From assembly GCA_947467145.1 (NCBI GenBank), contig CANIGJ010000003.1, positions 8,128 to 72,127 of the forward strand: a stretch of 64,000 bases of DNA, read 5' to 3'. The notes beneath the pieces were generated by a model. That model was not told the origin of the DNA. It saw nothing but the letters and a program-made list of their open reading frames with translations, and made no database searches. Positions 9,397 through 19,141 of this stretch are shown piece after piece. The position numbers and the translations under genes were made by a program. This DNA is from Rhodospirillaceae bacterium (lineage in GTDB: Bacteria; Pseudomonadota; Alphaproteobacteria; Rhodospirillales; UBA2165). How positions within the stretch are numbered: position 1 is the first letter of the stretch; each line of letters opens with the position of its first letter.

Positions 9397-9917
9397 AGAG
9401 CAGCATCATGAAAAAATCGTCTCTCGCTCTTGCGCTCTCCATCGGCGCGGCCGTGTCGTTCGCGACCCCCGCCTCGGCGCAGACCTTCATCAGCACGTCC
9501 GGTGATTGGAACGCGTTCCATGACGGCGCGGGCCGTGACAAGGTCTGTTACATCGCCTCGCTGCCGAAAAGCACGACGCCCGCCAATGTGCAGCGCGGTA
9601 AGAACTACATCATGATTTCGCATCGCCCGGCGGATAAGACGCGCAACGTGTTCGAGTTCCGCTCGGGCTATCCGTTCAAGGACGGACAAGAGGTCGATCT
9701 ATCCATCGACGGCAACAAACCGATCAAGCTATTCACAAAGGACGATGCCGCCTGGGCGCGCGACGATGCGACCGATCAGGCAATCGCCGATGCGATGAAG
9801 AAGGGCAAGGCGGTCACTATCGTCGGTACTTCGGCGCGCGGCACCAAGACGACGGATAATTATTCCTTGTCGGGCATCAGCGCGGCGCTCAGCGCCATCG
9901 ACAAGGAATGCAAGTAG
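9393..9917 (+). CDS. periplasmic IalB-like (invasion-associated locus B family) protein
   Basis: 174 aa with a signal peptide ending ASAQ. IalB-like length and pattern (SGDWNAFHDG...KVCYIASLP). ATGA overlap with the upstream stop. Confidence 0.5.
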   Translation: MKSSIMKKSSLALALSIGAAVSFATPASAQTFISTSGDWNAFHDGAGRDKVCYIASLPKSTTPANVQRGKNYIMISHRPADKTRNVFEFRSGYPFKDGQEVDLSIDGNKPIKLFTKDDAAWARDDATDQAIADAMKKGKAVTIVGTSARGTKTTDNYSLSGISAALSAIDKECK

Positions 9918-9938
9918 TTCTGAGTTCCGTTTAGGAAG

Positions 9939-10052
9939 CGTCATGGCCGGGCTTGACCCGGCCATCCACGTTTAAGGCGCGTCTGCGCCTGTAAGAGTCT
10001 TTTCGCGCTATCGCGCTTTCGTGGATGCCCGGATCAAGTCCGGGCATGACGG
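9939..10052. repeat. REP/MITE-like palindromic element between convergent genes
   Basis: Left arm CGTCATGGCCGGGCTTGACCCGGCCATCCACG (9939-9970) is the imperfect inverted complement of the right arm CGTGGATGCCCGGATCAAGTCCGGGCATGACGG (10020-10052). Each arm is itself a hairpin. The centre has AGGCGC-GTCT-GCGCCT. Confidence 0.7.
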
Positions 10053-11396
10053 CTAGGCGGGTTTCCGACTTGCCGCGTTCCAGTATTTTTCCAGATTTCC
10101 TACCAGTGCCGGGCTGACATGGCAGAACGCCTGTTCGCGCGTATAGGCCGCCATATATTGCCGGAACAAGTCGAGCGGCTCGACCGCGGCGCGGATCATG
10201 CGCCGATTGCCTTCGGCGCTGACGACGCCCGATCCCGTCAGATGCGTGATGGTGTGATCGAGCGTTTGGTCGATCGCGCTCGCATCGACCACCTGATCGC
10301 AGATCATACGTCCTTCCGGGCTGTCGCAGTCGAGGCGGCGTTCGCCGAGGATCGCCTGACGCGCGATGCGATCGCCGACGAAGCGCGGCAGGCGCATATT
10401 GGCGAGGCCGGGAATGATGCCTTCCTTGCGCGCGGGTAAGGTCATGTAGGCGCCCGTCTCGGCGATCACATGATCGCAGACCAGCAATAATTGACAGGCG
10501 CCGCCGATGGCGAAACCTTCGACCAGCGCGATCCAGAGTTTCTCGCTCGTGCCGCCACCGATCTCGGATGGATCGGCATCGGGACGCGCGATCCCGCGGA
10601 AGAGTTTGTTCACCAGGCCCATATCGCGATTCATGTAAAACAGATACGGGATCTGGCCATGATAGAGCGCGGTCAGATTGATGCCGCTACCGAACAGATG
10701 GCGGCCCGCATATTTCGGATGCTGCACGACATCGCCACGCAGCACGCCGATCTTGCTCTGCTCGTCCATCAGCACGACATCGATGGCGGTCTCGAACGCA
10801 TCGATCACGGTGTGGTCTTCGCTGTTGAGCCGTTCGGGATTGGAAATGATGATGACGGCCGCCGCGCCCTGGCGCGTCACGCGCACGCGGCCGAAATCGA
10901 GCGCGCCGTCGCGGATGAATTTGGCCAGCGCTTCTTTTGAATCCGGCTTCGGCAACAACATGGCGTGGCACAGATGTGCGCCCGCGCGTTTGTCGGCCAG
11001 CACCTTGCTCAGAAAGATGCCCTGCTGGATTTCGAGGCCGGGTTTGTCGCCGGTCTTCAGCTTGGTCTCGGCGGCATAGGATTCGGTGTCGGGCACCAGG
11101 CCCGGGACGGCGCGCGCCGCCTCGGCCAACAGTTCATCCAGGCGCAGGAATGCGCGATAGCCGTTGGTGAGTTGGGGATAGAGATAAGGTACGTGTAGGT
11201 CGAGGAAGGGGACGCGGGCATCGGCGGCGATCCGGCGCAGCGCCAGGACGGCTTCCTGATCGCCCGAAACGGCGCCGCCGAAGCCGCGCTGTAACTCGTC
11301 CAGCTTGTGCCAATAGGGCGTGCAGATGGCCGCATCGCGGGCGAAATCGCCGGTGAGCACCGGAGCCGAGGGGAGGGTGTCGAGGAAGCCTGCCAT
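10053..11396 (-). CDS. crotonase-superfamily protein with long N-terminal extension (DpgC-like architecture)
   Basis: 447 aa from ATG 11396; the track extends to 11531. The C-terminal ~270 aa are enoyl-CoA hydratase/isomerase-like (GRHLFGSGINL, VEGFAIGGACQLLLVCDH). The ~170-aa N-terminal domain is as in DpgC-type cofactor-independent dioxygenases. Confidence 0.55.
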   Translation of the reverse strand: MAGFLDTLPSAPVLTGDFARDAAICTPYWHKLDELQRGFGGAVSGDQEAVLALRRIAADARVPFLDLHVPYLYPQLTNGYRAFLRLDELLAEAARAVPGLVPDTESYAAETKLKTGDKPGLEIQQGIFLSKVLADKRAGAHLCHAMLLPKPDSKEALAKFIRDGALDFGRVRVTRQGAAAVIIISNPERLNSEDHTVIDAFETAIDVVLMDEQSKIGVLRGDVVQHPKYAGRHLFGSGINLTALYHGQIPYLFYMNRDMGLVNKLFRGIARPDADPSEIGGGTSEKLWIALVEGFAIGGACQLLLVCDHVIAETGAYMTLPARKEGIIPGLANMRLPRFVGDRIARQAILGERRLDCDSPEGRMICDQVVDASAIDQTLDHTITHLTGSGVVSAEGNRRMIRAAVEPLDLFRQYMAAYTREQAFCHVSPALVGNLEKYWNAASRKPA

Positions 11397-11439
11397 ACGC
11401 CGATTCGCCTTTTTCCTGTGGAATGCTATATAGGGCCCC

Positions 11440-12540
11440 ATGAGCGAGTCAAAGATCAACCTGGTCGGCCAAACGCGCGACGAACTGGCGGCAACGGTCG
11501 TCGGCCTCGGCGAAAAGGCGTTCCGTGCCAAGCAGTTATGGCATTGGATTTATTATCGCGGTGAAACCGACTTCACCAAGATGACGACGCTCGCGAAATC
11601 GTTCCGCGAGACCTTGGCCGGGTCGTGCGAAATCCGCCGTCCTGAAACCGTGACCGCGCAATTGTCCACCGACGGCACGCGCAAATGGCTGCTGCGCGGC
11701 AAGGACGGCAACGAATTCGAATCCGTTTACATCCCGGAAGAGGATCGCGGCGCGCTCTGCGTCTCCTCGCAGGTCGGTTGCACTTTGACCTGCGCGTTCT
11801 GTCACACGGGCACGCAGAAACTCGTGCGCAACCTGAGCGCCGCCGAAATCGTTGGCCAGATCATGGTCGCGCGCGATACCTATGCCGAATGGCCGTCGCC
11901 GCCCGAAGGCCGCATGCTCACCAACATCGTCATGATGGGCATGGGCGAGCCGCTCTATAATTACGATGCCGTCGCCAAGGCGCTCACTATCGCGATGGAC
12001 GGCGAAGGTCTCGCCATGTCGCGCCGCCGCATTACGCTCTCGACGTCCGGCGTTGTGCCGATGATCGAACGCGTCGGCGAAGAATTGGGCGTCGGGCTCG
12101 CGATCTCGCTGCATGCCACCAACAACGAATTGCGTGACGTGCTGGTGCCGATCAACAAAAAATATCCGATCGACGAATTGCTGGCGGCGTGCCGCGCCTA
12201 TCCGGGATCGAGCAATGCGCGCCGCATCACGTTTGAATATGTGATGCTGAAGGGCATCAACGATTCACCCGCCGATGCGCGCGCTTTGATCAAACTGCTC
12301 CATGGCATCCACGCCAAGGTGAACCTGATCCCGTTCAACAAATGGCCGGGATCGGATTACGAATGCTCCGAGCCCGAGACGATCGAGAAGTTCGCCGATC
12401 TGCTAAACAATGCCGGCTACAGCTCGCCGGTGCGCACGCCGCGCGGGCGCGACATTATGGCGGCGTGTGGCCAGCTTAAATCGGCCTCCGAACGCGAACG
12501 CGGCCAACGGGTCCTGCTCGACGCATCGTCCGTCGTCTGA
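11440..12540 (+). CDS. rlmN: 23S rRNA/tRNA (adenine-C2)-methyltransferase RlmN (radical SAM)
   Basis: 366 aa with the [11 protein letters not shown] radical-SAM cluster motif, MGMGEPL, and a C-terminal DIMAACGQL. Confidence 0.9.
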   Translation: MSESKINLVGQTRDELAATVVGLGEKAFRAKQLWHWIYYRGETDFTKMTTLAKSFRETLAGSCEIRRPETVTAQLSTDGTRKWLLRGKDGNEFESVYIPEEDRGALCVSSQVGCTLTCAFCHTGTQKLVRNLSAAEIVGQIMVARDTYAEWPSPPEGRMLTNIVMMGMGEPLYNYDAVAKALTIAMDGEGLAMSRRRITLSTSGVVPMIERVGEELGVGLAISLHATNNELRDVLVPINKKYPIDELLAACRAYPGSSNARRITFEYVMLKGINDSPADARALIKLLHGIHAKVNLIPFNKWPGSDYECSEPETIEKFADLLNNAGYSSPVRTPRGRDIMAACGQLKSASERERGQRVLLDASSVV

Positions 12541-12618
12541 TTTTCGCCTGACTGGCGCCACAACTCCGCCATAAAGCCCTGGCCTGCTCGCACTCTGTCT
12601 CAACAACGGAGTGGCGCT

Positions 12619-12897
12619 ATGAATTGTCCTGCCTGCCAGGTCGATCTCGTGATGAGCGAACGACAGGGAATCGAGATCGATTATTGCCCGAAATGCCGCG
12701 GCGTCTGGCTCGATCGCGGCGAACTCGACAAGATCATCGAAAAGAATATGGCCGGGCAGGCGCCGCAGCCGCGCTATCAAGAACCGCCGCGCAGTGCGGA
12801 ACCGCGTTACCAGGATTCTCATCCGCAACGCGGCTACGATTACGGCTACAAGAAACCGCACCGCCGCAAATCCTGGCTCGAAGAAATCTTCGACTGA
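12619..12897 (+). CDS. zf-TFIIB-type zinc-ribbon protein
   Basis: 92 aa with CPACQ...CPKCRGVWLDRGELDKI and a basic C-terminal tail ending SWLEEIFD. Confidence 0.7.
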   Translation: MNCPACQVDLVMSERQGIEIDYCPKCRGVWLDRGELDKIIEKNMAGQAPQPRYQEPPRSAEPRYQDSHPQRGYDYGYKKPHRRKSWLEEIFD

Positions 12898-13029
12898 CTC
12901 AGCCACTGACGGTTTGGCGAGGTTTTGTCGTTTTGTAAGTCCGTGATAGCATAGACCCCTAGTAAGCGTTCGTATGCGTCGGTTCCTCACAGGGGAGCGC
13001 GTCATGAAGATCGTTTTACGAGTCTAGCC

Positions 13030-13446
13030 ATGCTGGACGCCGCCTATCAAAGCCTCGCCAGTGGGCTTCCTAACCTCGTCGTGCAATTTTTCGTCGCGCC
13101 CGCCATGTTGGCTGCGAGCGTAGCCGTCTATTTGACCCTTACCCCAATGCGCGAAATCCAGTTGATCCGCGCAAACAACGCGGCCGCTGCGCTTGCGACA
13201 TCTGGGGCCATCGTTGCTTTCTCCATCCCACTAGCGGCGGTGATTGTCTCCAGCGTGAATATCTACGACGTCATCGTTTTTGGCGTCGTCGCACTTTTCT
13301 TCCAGCTCGTGGCGGATTTCGTCGCTCATTTCATACTGCGGGAGCTGCCGGAGCGGATCAGCAATGGTGAAGTATCGGCGGCGATCATCCAGGTCGGAAT
13401 TAAGTTTTCTGTAGCGTTGTTAAACGCGGCAGCGGTCACGGTCTAG
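13030..13446 (+). CDS. DUF350-family small membrane protein
   Basis: 138 aa with four hydrophobic helices. The pattern is typical of DUF350/YjfL (REIQLIRANNAAAALATSGAIVAFSIPL). Third codon positions are visibly less GC-biased than in the neighbours. Confidence 0.55.
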   Translation: MLDAAYQSLASGLPNLVVQFFVAPAMLAASVAVYLTLTPMREIQLIRANNAAAALATSGAIVAFSIPLAAVIVSSVNIYDVIVFGVVALFFQLVADFVAHFILRELPERISNGEVSAAIIQVGIKFSVALLNAAAVTV

Positions 13447-13448
13447 AC

Positions 13449-14417
13449 GTGATGAACGCTCTTCGCGCTCTGGCAGTTGTGGCTGCGGTCTGCTCGGGGA
13501 TGGCGATTGTGCTTGGTGTGTTCGTTTTCGTCGCGTCGCCGTCGCAAAGCTCATACCGATCCGCCGGCGATGAATCGGGACCGAAGCTGTCATTCTCGGC
13601 GCGGCGAGCGCAGCGCTCATGGAAGGACGACACAGCCGATTGGCGCGCCGGCGTGCCGGTTCCGTCCAATGAGGTGACCGATTCAAAGGCTGTGCCGGTG
13701 GAATCCACTATGGGCCCAAGGCCGCCCACCGGAAATCGGCAAGCCGGTTCCGCGGTCGCCATCGGTCTCGATGGAGACAACGGATTGTTCTGGCTGACCG
13801 CTCGACATATGACGGAGGGCTGTTCAACGATTTGGATCGCGGCGGGTACAATCGATGGAACGACCCAGTATCTCTTAGGAGGACGCACCTTTTCGAGCCA
13901 TCCGACAGCAGATCTCGTGCTTGTCGAGACGGCGCCCAACGGCGAGCGTAATTTTTCGCTCCCGCTTGGACGCGGCAATGTGCTCGCCGTCGAGGCGCTG
14001 CATGTCGGTTTCCCGAGCGGGCGTCCGGCGGCAATTTATAGTTCATATCTCGGGCTGACACGTGTGCGATGGGTGGATGGTTCTGCGCCGGTGGAGTCTT
14101 ATGGCGTTTGGGCCGAACGTTTGCAGGTACCCGACCAAGTCGGTGGTTTGGGTGGCCTTAGTGGCGGCGCTACGATGGATCGTAACGGCTCGGTGATCGG
14201 CACTGTCGTGGGTGTTAGTGAACGTCGGGGTCGAATCTTGACCACGCGTCCGGCCCAAATCGCGACTTTGATCGATGGGCTCGGGGCGACGATGCCGAAA
14301 GCTAATGGCGACATCCGTCTTGACCAGAAGACCTTCCCCGCTTTCGCGCGTCAACTCATCGAGCAACGTCGCGTTGCACTGTTGAATTGTGAATTCTCGC
14401 CCAGCACAAAAAAATAG
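13449..14417 (+). CDS. membrane-anchored trypsin-like (S1/Trypsin_2) serine peptidase
   Basis: N-terminal TM anchor ALAVVAAVCSGMAIVLGVFVFVA. Triad candidates: His in GSAVAI...WLTARHM, Asp in HPTADLVLVE, Ser in GGLGGLSGGATMDRNGSVIGTVVG. Starts (GTG 13449 / ATG 13452) 2-5 nt after the DUF350 stop. Confidence 0.65.
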   Translation: MMNALRALAVVAAVCSGMAIVLGVFVFVASPSQSSYRSAGDESGPKLSFSARRAQRSWKDDTADWRAGVPVPSNEVTDSKAVPVESTMGPRPPTGNRQAGSAVAIGLDGDNGLFWLTARHMTEGCSTIWIAAGTIDGTTQYLLGGRTFSSHPTADLVLVETAPNGERNFSLPLGRGNVLAVEALHVGFPSGRPAAIYSSYLGLTRVRWVDGSAPVESYGVWAERLQVPDQVGGLGGLSGGATMDRNGSVIGTVVGVSERRGRILTTRPAQIATLIDGLGATMPKANGDIRLDQKTFPAFARQLIEQRRVALLNCEFSPSTKK

Positions 14418-14482
14418 GGCGCCGCGGGGGGTGGCGCCCAGTCGATAGATAGTCGGGTGGACTTATCTGTTGCCCAGCAACC

Positions 14483-14578
14483 TCACGCGACCAGGGCGAA
14501 GGCGGCGCGCGCACTCAGCGAGGCGAGCGCCAACAGGGCGCCAATCGCGATCGGGCGGTAAATCGGATGATGTTTCAT
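14483..14578 (-). CDS. possible 31-aa hydrophobic peptide
   Basis: Own reading: ATG 14578, MKHHPIYRPIAIGALLALASLSARAAFALVA, stop 14485-14483. GGAG lies 10 nt upstream. Below the track length cutoff, with no other support. Confidence 0.2.
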   Translation of the reverse strand: MKHHPIYRPIAIGALLALASLSARAAFALVA

Positions 14579-14737
14579 TGCAGATGGACTCCATGCCCAT
14601 GGTGTTAAGGCATCCTAGGTCTGCTCTGCGGACATAGCGTGAATCCCGTGCGACAGTTTCGTGACGCTGCTTTTCTAATATTGGCCCGATCCCTGCATTG
14701 ATTTCTGCGCTGCCATGCGAAAGAGGGAGGAGTAAGC

Positions 14738-15259
14738 ATGTCTAATGTGTTCGGTGCGACCGGGGTTTCGGGCGCTGGATTTGCTTCTTTCGGGCCGGAG
14801 CCCGCCGCCGATCCGAACCAGCCGGAATGGATGACCTCGTTTCAGGACACCCTGAAACAAATCCACAAGAAGGGTTTCCAGGCCTACGCCAAGGAGGTCA
14901 ACGACGAGAAGCTTGCCGAGATGCGCAAGAAAATTCTCGATTCGATGGGCATTTCCGAGGAAGACCTCGCAAAAATGTCGTCCGATCAACGCAATATGAT
15001 CGAAAAGATGATCGCGGAGGAAATCCGCGAACAGCTGGCCGCGCAGCAAGAGATGAAGGCCAAGGGCAAGGACGGCGCCGAGAACGGCATCGATACCAAG
15101 GGCGCTGTCGGGCCGGACGGACTGACCCAGGCCGATGCCGCCGCCAAGACGGCCGCTGAGGCCAAGGCACCTAACGGGTTCGGCCCCGGCATGACCCTGA
15201 TCCGGGCTATGGAAACCCGCAGCCAGCTTGAGTCTGCGGACAGCCAGAAAGACATCTAA
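14738..15259 (+). CDS. hypothetical hydrophilic protein (Glu/Lys/Ala-rich)
   Basis: 173-aa ORF preceded by GAGGGAGGAG. I recognise no family. Confidence 0.5.
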   Translation: MSNVFGATGVSGAGFASFGPEPAADPNQPEWMTSFQDTLKQIHKKGFQAYAKEVNDEKLAEMRKKILDSMGISEEDLAKMSSDQRNMIEKMIAEEIREQLAAQQEMKAKGKDGAENGIDTKGAVGPDGLTQADAAAKTAAEAKAPNGFGPGMTLIRAMETRSQLESADSQKDI

Positions 15260-15283
15260 AACCGGGTAATTTTTGCCCGGTTT
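15258..15283 (+). terminator. hairpin after the hypothetical gene
   Basis: AAACCGGG (15258-15265), 10-nt loop, CCCGGTTT (15276-15283). No strong T tract. Confidence 0.35.
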
Positions 15284-15324
15284 AGGCCCGATTCTGCCCC
15301 AGTTTTACCTTGGTCGGTGCGGTC

Positions 15325-15352
15325 TTGCCGTGCCCGTTCGGCTGCCTATACT
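15325..15352 (+). promoter_or_regulatory. sigma70-like promoter candidate for argG
   Basis: TTGCCG (15325-15330), 16 nt, TATACT (15347-15352). It lies 42 nt upstream of the argG ATG. Confidence 0.4.
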
Positions 15353-15393
15353 GCGCCGCCTTAACGATATTTGGCGCTATTTAGGAAGAGATC

Positions 15394-16617
<1,224 letters not shown>

Positions 16618-17841
16618 TTACGCCGCCGTCTTCGTGCGGCGGTTCATCACGATCAGCCAGACAAAGGCGGCGATCTCAAAGCACACCATGACGCCGAGCG
16701 CGGTTCGATAGCCTGTGGGCGCGAACCGGCCTTCGGCGATGGGCGGCCACAGATCGATGATGGCGCCGATGCCCCATTGTGCGGCGAAGCCCACAACGAA
16801 GACGACGAAATTGTAGGCCGTGTTGACGCGCCCCGCGAGTGCGTGGGGAAAACTTTGCGTCAGCACGGTATAGATCAGCACCGGAATGGTGCCGAGGAAC
16901 GCCATCGGCATCCAGATCGCATAAGGGCTGACGGCGGGATTGGCGATCAGCACGCATTGCATCGCAATAAAGCAGGCAATGCCGCAGCAGGCCGTCGTCA
17001 GGATCGGAATGCCGGCGCGCGCCAAACGTTCGACGATGGAGCCGGTGAAAAAGACCGCGATGGTCATCATGGCGGCGTTGGCGAGCAGGACGCTCGCGAT
17101 ATCTTCACGCGGCACGCCCATGACGTCGCGAAGCCACGGCCCGCTCCACAGGTTGTTCACGCTCATGCTGATGCCCATGGTGATCCCGCCGAGCGGCGCA
17201 TTGGCGATGAAGGCGGGTGACACGAAGATTTGCTTGAGGCCGCGCCAGACCTCGGCGATGGAACGCGCTTCCGCGCCGCGCGGCTTTTCGGGTGCCACGA
17301 ACAACACGATTGCGGCGATGGCAAAGGTGGCGAAGCCGAGGCCGAAAATGACACCGCGCCAATCGGTCATCGACAACGCGAACTGCACCGGCAGCGTGGC
17401 GCTCATCGATCCCAGCCCGCCCGCCATCAAAATGATGCCGTTGCCGAAGGCGGTGCGATCGCGCGGCAGCCAATCGACCATCGCCTTGAAGCCGCCCATC
17501 AGCGCCACCGACATGCCGAGACCCATGAGGGCACGGCCCAAGGCGAGCAAGGCGATATCGTGCGACAGACTGAAGACGAGGCATCCCACGCCGCCGATGA
17601 CAAAGGTCGTTACCGTCACGATGCGGGCACCGAAGCGATCGAGCAGCACGCCCATCGGCAATTGGGCGGCGGCGAAGACTAGGAAATAGATCGAGGTGAG
17701 CAGGCCAAGCTCTTCCGCGCCCAGGCCCAGCTCGTCGATCAGGTCCGGCGCCAGCACCGCCATGACCGTGCGATAGAACGCGCCCAGCACATTGCCCAGC
17801 GCGTACGGAATGAATACGCGCAGCAACAGGTTCGCGATCAT
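16618..17841 (-). CDS. MFS transporter (paralogue 1 of a tandem pair)
   Basis: Track ORF trimmed to ATG 17841 (MIANLLLRVFIPYALGNVLGAFYRTV...), giving a 12-TM-type profile with LDRFGAR. The start overlaps the stop of the upstream paralogue (ATGA). Confidence 0.75.
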   Translation of the reverse strand: MIANLLLRVFIPYALGNVLGAFYRTVMAVLAPDLIDELGLGAEELGLLTSIYFLVFAAAQLPMGVLLDRFGARIVTVTTFVIGGVGCLVFSLSHDIALLALGRALMGLGMSVALMGGFKAMVDWLPRDRTAFGNGIILMAGGLGSMSATLPVQFALSMTDWRGVIFGLGFATFAIAAIVLFVAPEKPRGAEARSIAEVWRGLKQIFVSPAFIANAPLGGITMGISMSVNNLWSGPWLRDVMGVPREDIASVLLANAAMMTIAVFFTGSIVERLARAGIPILTTACCGIACFIAMQCVLIANPAVSPYAIWMPMAFLGTIPVLIYTVLTQSFPHALAGRVNTAYNFVVFVVGFAAQWGIGAIIDLWPPIAEGRFAPTGYRTALGVMVCFEIAAFVWLIVMNRRTKTAA

Positions 17842-19085
17842 GCTGGCTTCTTTTGGAAGCGCGGCGCGATGGTCATCCAGCAGAACGCGGTCAGTTGGAT
17901 ACCGATGATCACGGCGAATCCCCAGTGATAACCCTCGGGGGCGAAATGTCCCTCGCTGATCGGCGGCCACAGATCGATCACCGCACCCATGAACCATTGC
18001 ACGATGAAGGCAAAGGTGAAGGTTGTGAAATTGTAGGCGGTGTTGACGCGGCCCGCCATGTGCGGCGGAAAGCTTTCGGCGAAGACGGCATAAACAAGTG
18101 TCGGCGCGGTGGCGCAGAACGCGTACGGTAGCCACAGCAGCCAGGGGCTCACCGGCGCATCGAGCAGGATCAGGGTCTCGAAGAACATGAAACCGACGAT
18201 ACCGGCCGACGAGGTGCGGGTCAGCGGGATGCCGTAACGCGACAGAAACCCGCCGATTGATCCGATGCTGAGCGCGGAAATGGTGATGGTCGTCGCCATA
18301 CCGAACAGCACGGTCGCGGCTTCTTCACGGCTGAGCCCCATCACGTCGCGCATCCACGGCCCCGCCCACAAGGACGACATCGCCATGTTGACGCCTTGCG
18401 CGGATGAGCCCAACGGCACCATGCGCAGGAAATCCTTGTTGGTGAAGACCTGGATGACGCCGCGCATTGCGCTGATCGTAGGGGCGCCCGCGACGCGCGG
18501 CTTCTCCGGGGGCAGGACGAAGATCGCGACGACGATGACGGCGGTGACGATCGACAGCCAGAAAAAGATGCCGCGCCAATCGGTGAAATTCAGCATGAAT
18601 TCGAGCGGATAGGTCGCCGCCATCACACCGGCCCCGCCCATCGTCATGATCAACGAATTGGTGAAGGGTAATTTCTCGCGCGGCACCCAATCGACGACTG
18701 ATTTCAGCGCCCCCATGAAGGTAACCGAAATGCCGAGCCCCATGGCGGCGCGTGCGATCAGCATCACGCCGAAATCGCTGGCGTGTGCGAGCACCAATGC
18801 GCTCAGCCCGGCGACAAGGAACAGCAGTGCCGAGACGCGGCGCGCGCCGAAACGGTCGAGCGCCATGCCGAGCGGGATCTGCACGCCGGCATAGACCAGG
18901 AAAAAGACGGAGGTGAGTAGGCCGATATCCTCGGCGCTCAGATGCAGCTCGGCAACGATGTCATGCCCCAGCACGGCATTAACCGAGCGGTAGAACGAGC
19001 CCAGGAAATTGCCGATGGCAAAGGGCAGGAAAAGGCGGAGGAATAAAATCGCTGACACGCGGACCGGCCCGATGTTAGGCTTCAA
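17838..19085 (-). CDS. MFS transporter (paralogue 2 of a tandem pair)
   Basis: 415 aa, collinear with paralogue 1 (LRLFLPFAIGNFLGSFYRSV, LDRFGARRV). The track start is TTG 19085; GTG 19058 is an alternative. Confidence 0.75.
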   Translation of the reverse strand: MKPNIGPVRVSAILFLRLFLPFAIGNFLGSFYRSVNAVLGHDIVAELHLSAEDIGLLTSVFFLVYAGVQIPLGMALDRFGARRVSALLFLVAGLSALVLAHASDFGVMLIARAAMGLGISVTFMGALKSVVDWVPREKLPFTNSLIMTMGGAGVMAATYPLEFMLNFTDWRGIFFWLSIVTAVIVVAIFVLPPEKPRVAGAPTISAMRGVIQVFTNKDFLRMVPLGSSAQGVNMAMSSLWAGPWMRDVMGLSREEAATVLFGMATTITISALSIGSIGGFLSRYGIPLTRTSSAGIVGFMFFETLILLDAPVSPWLLWLPYAFCATAPTLVYAVFAESFPPHMAGRVNTAYNFTTFTFAFIVQWFMGAVIDLWPPISEGHFAPEGYHWGFAVIIGIQLTAFCWMTIAPRFQKKPA

Positions 19086-19141
19086 GTCTTAGTGAAGGCG
19101 GCCCAAGACCGCAACCATACGAAATTCCAGGGAGTTCGACG

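Noticed and set aside
12898-14480. Direct repeats flanking the DUF350/protease cassette as evidence of site-specific insertion.
   Set aside because: Only a 6-nt coincidence (CCTCAC) was found on both sides, which is too short to mean anything. The horizontal-transfer suggestion therefore rests on composition only.
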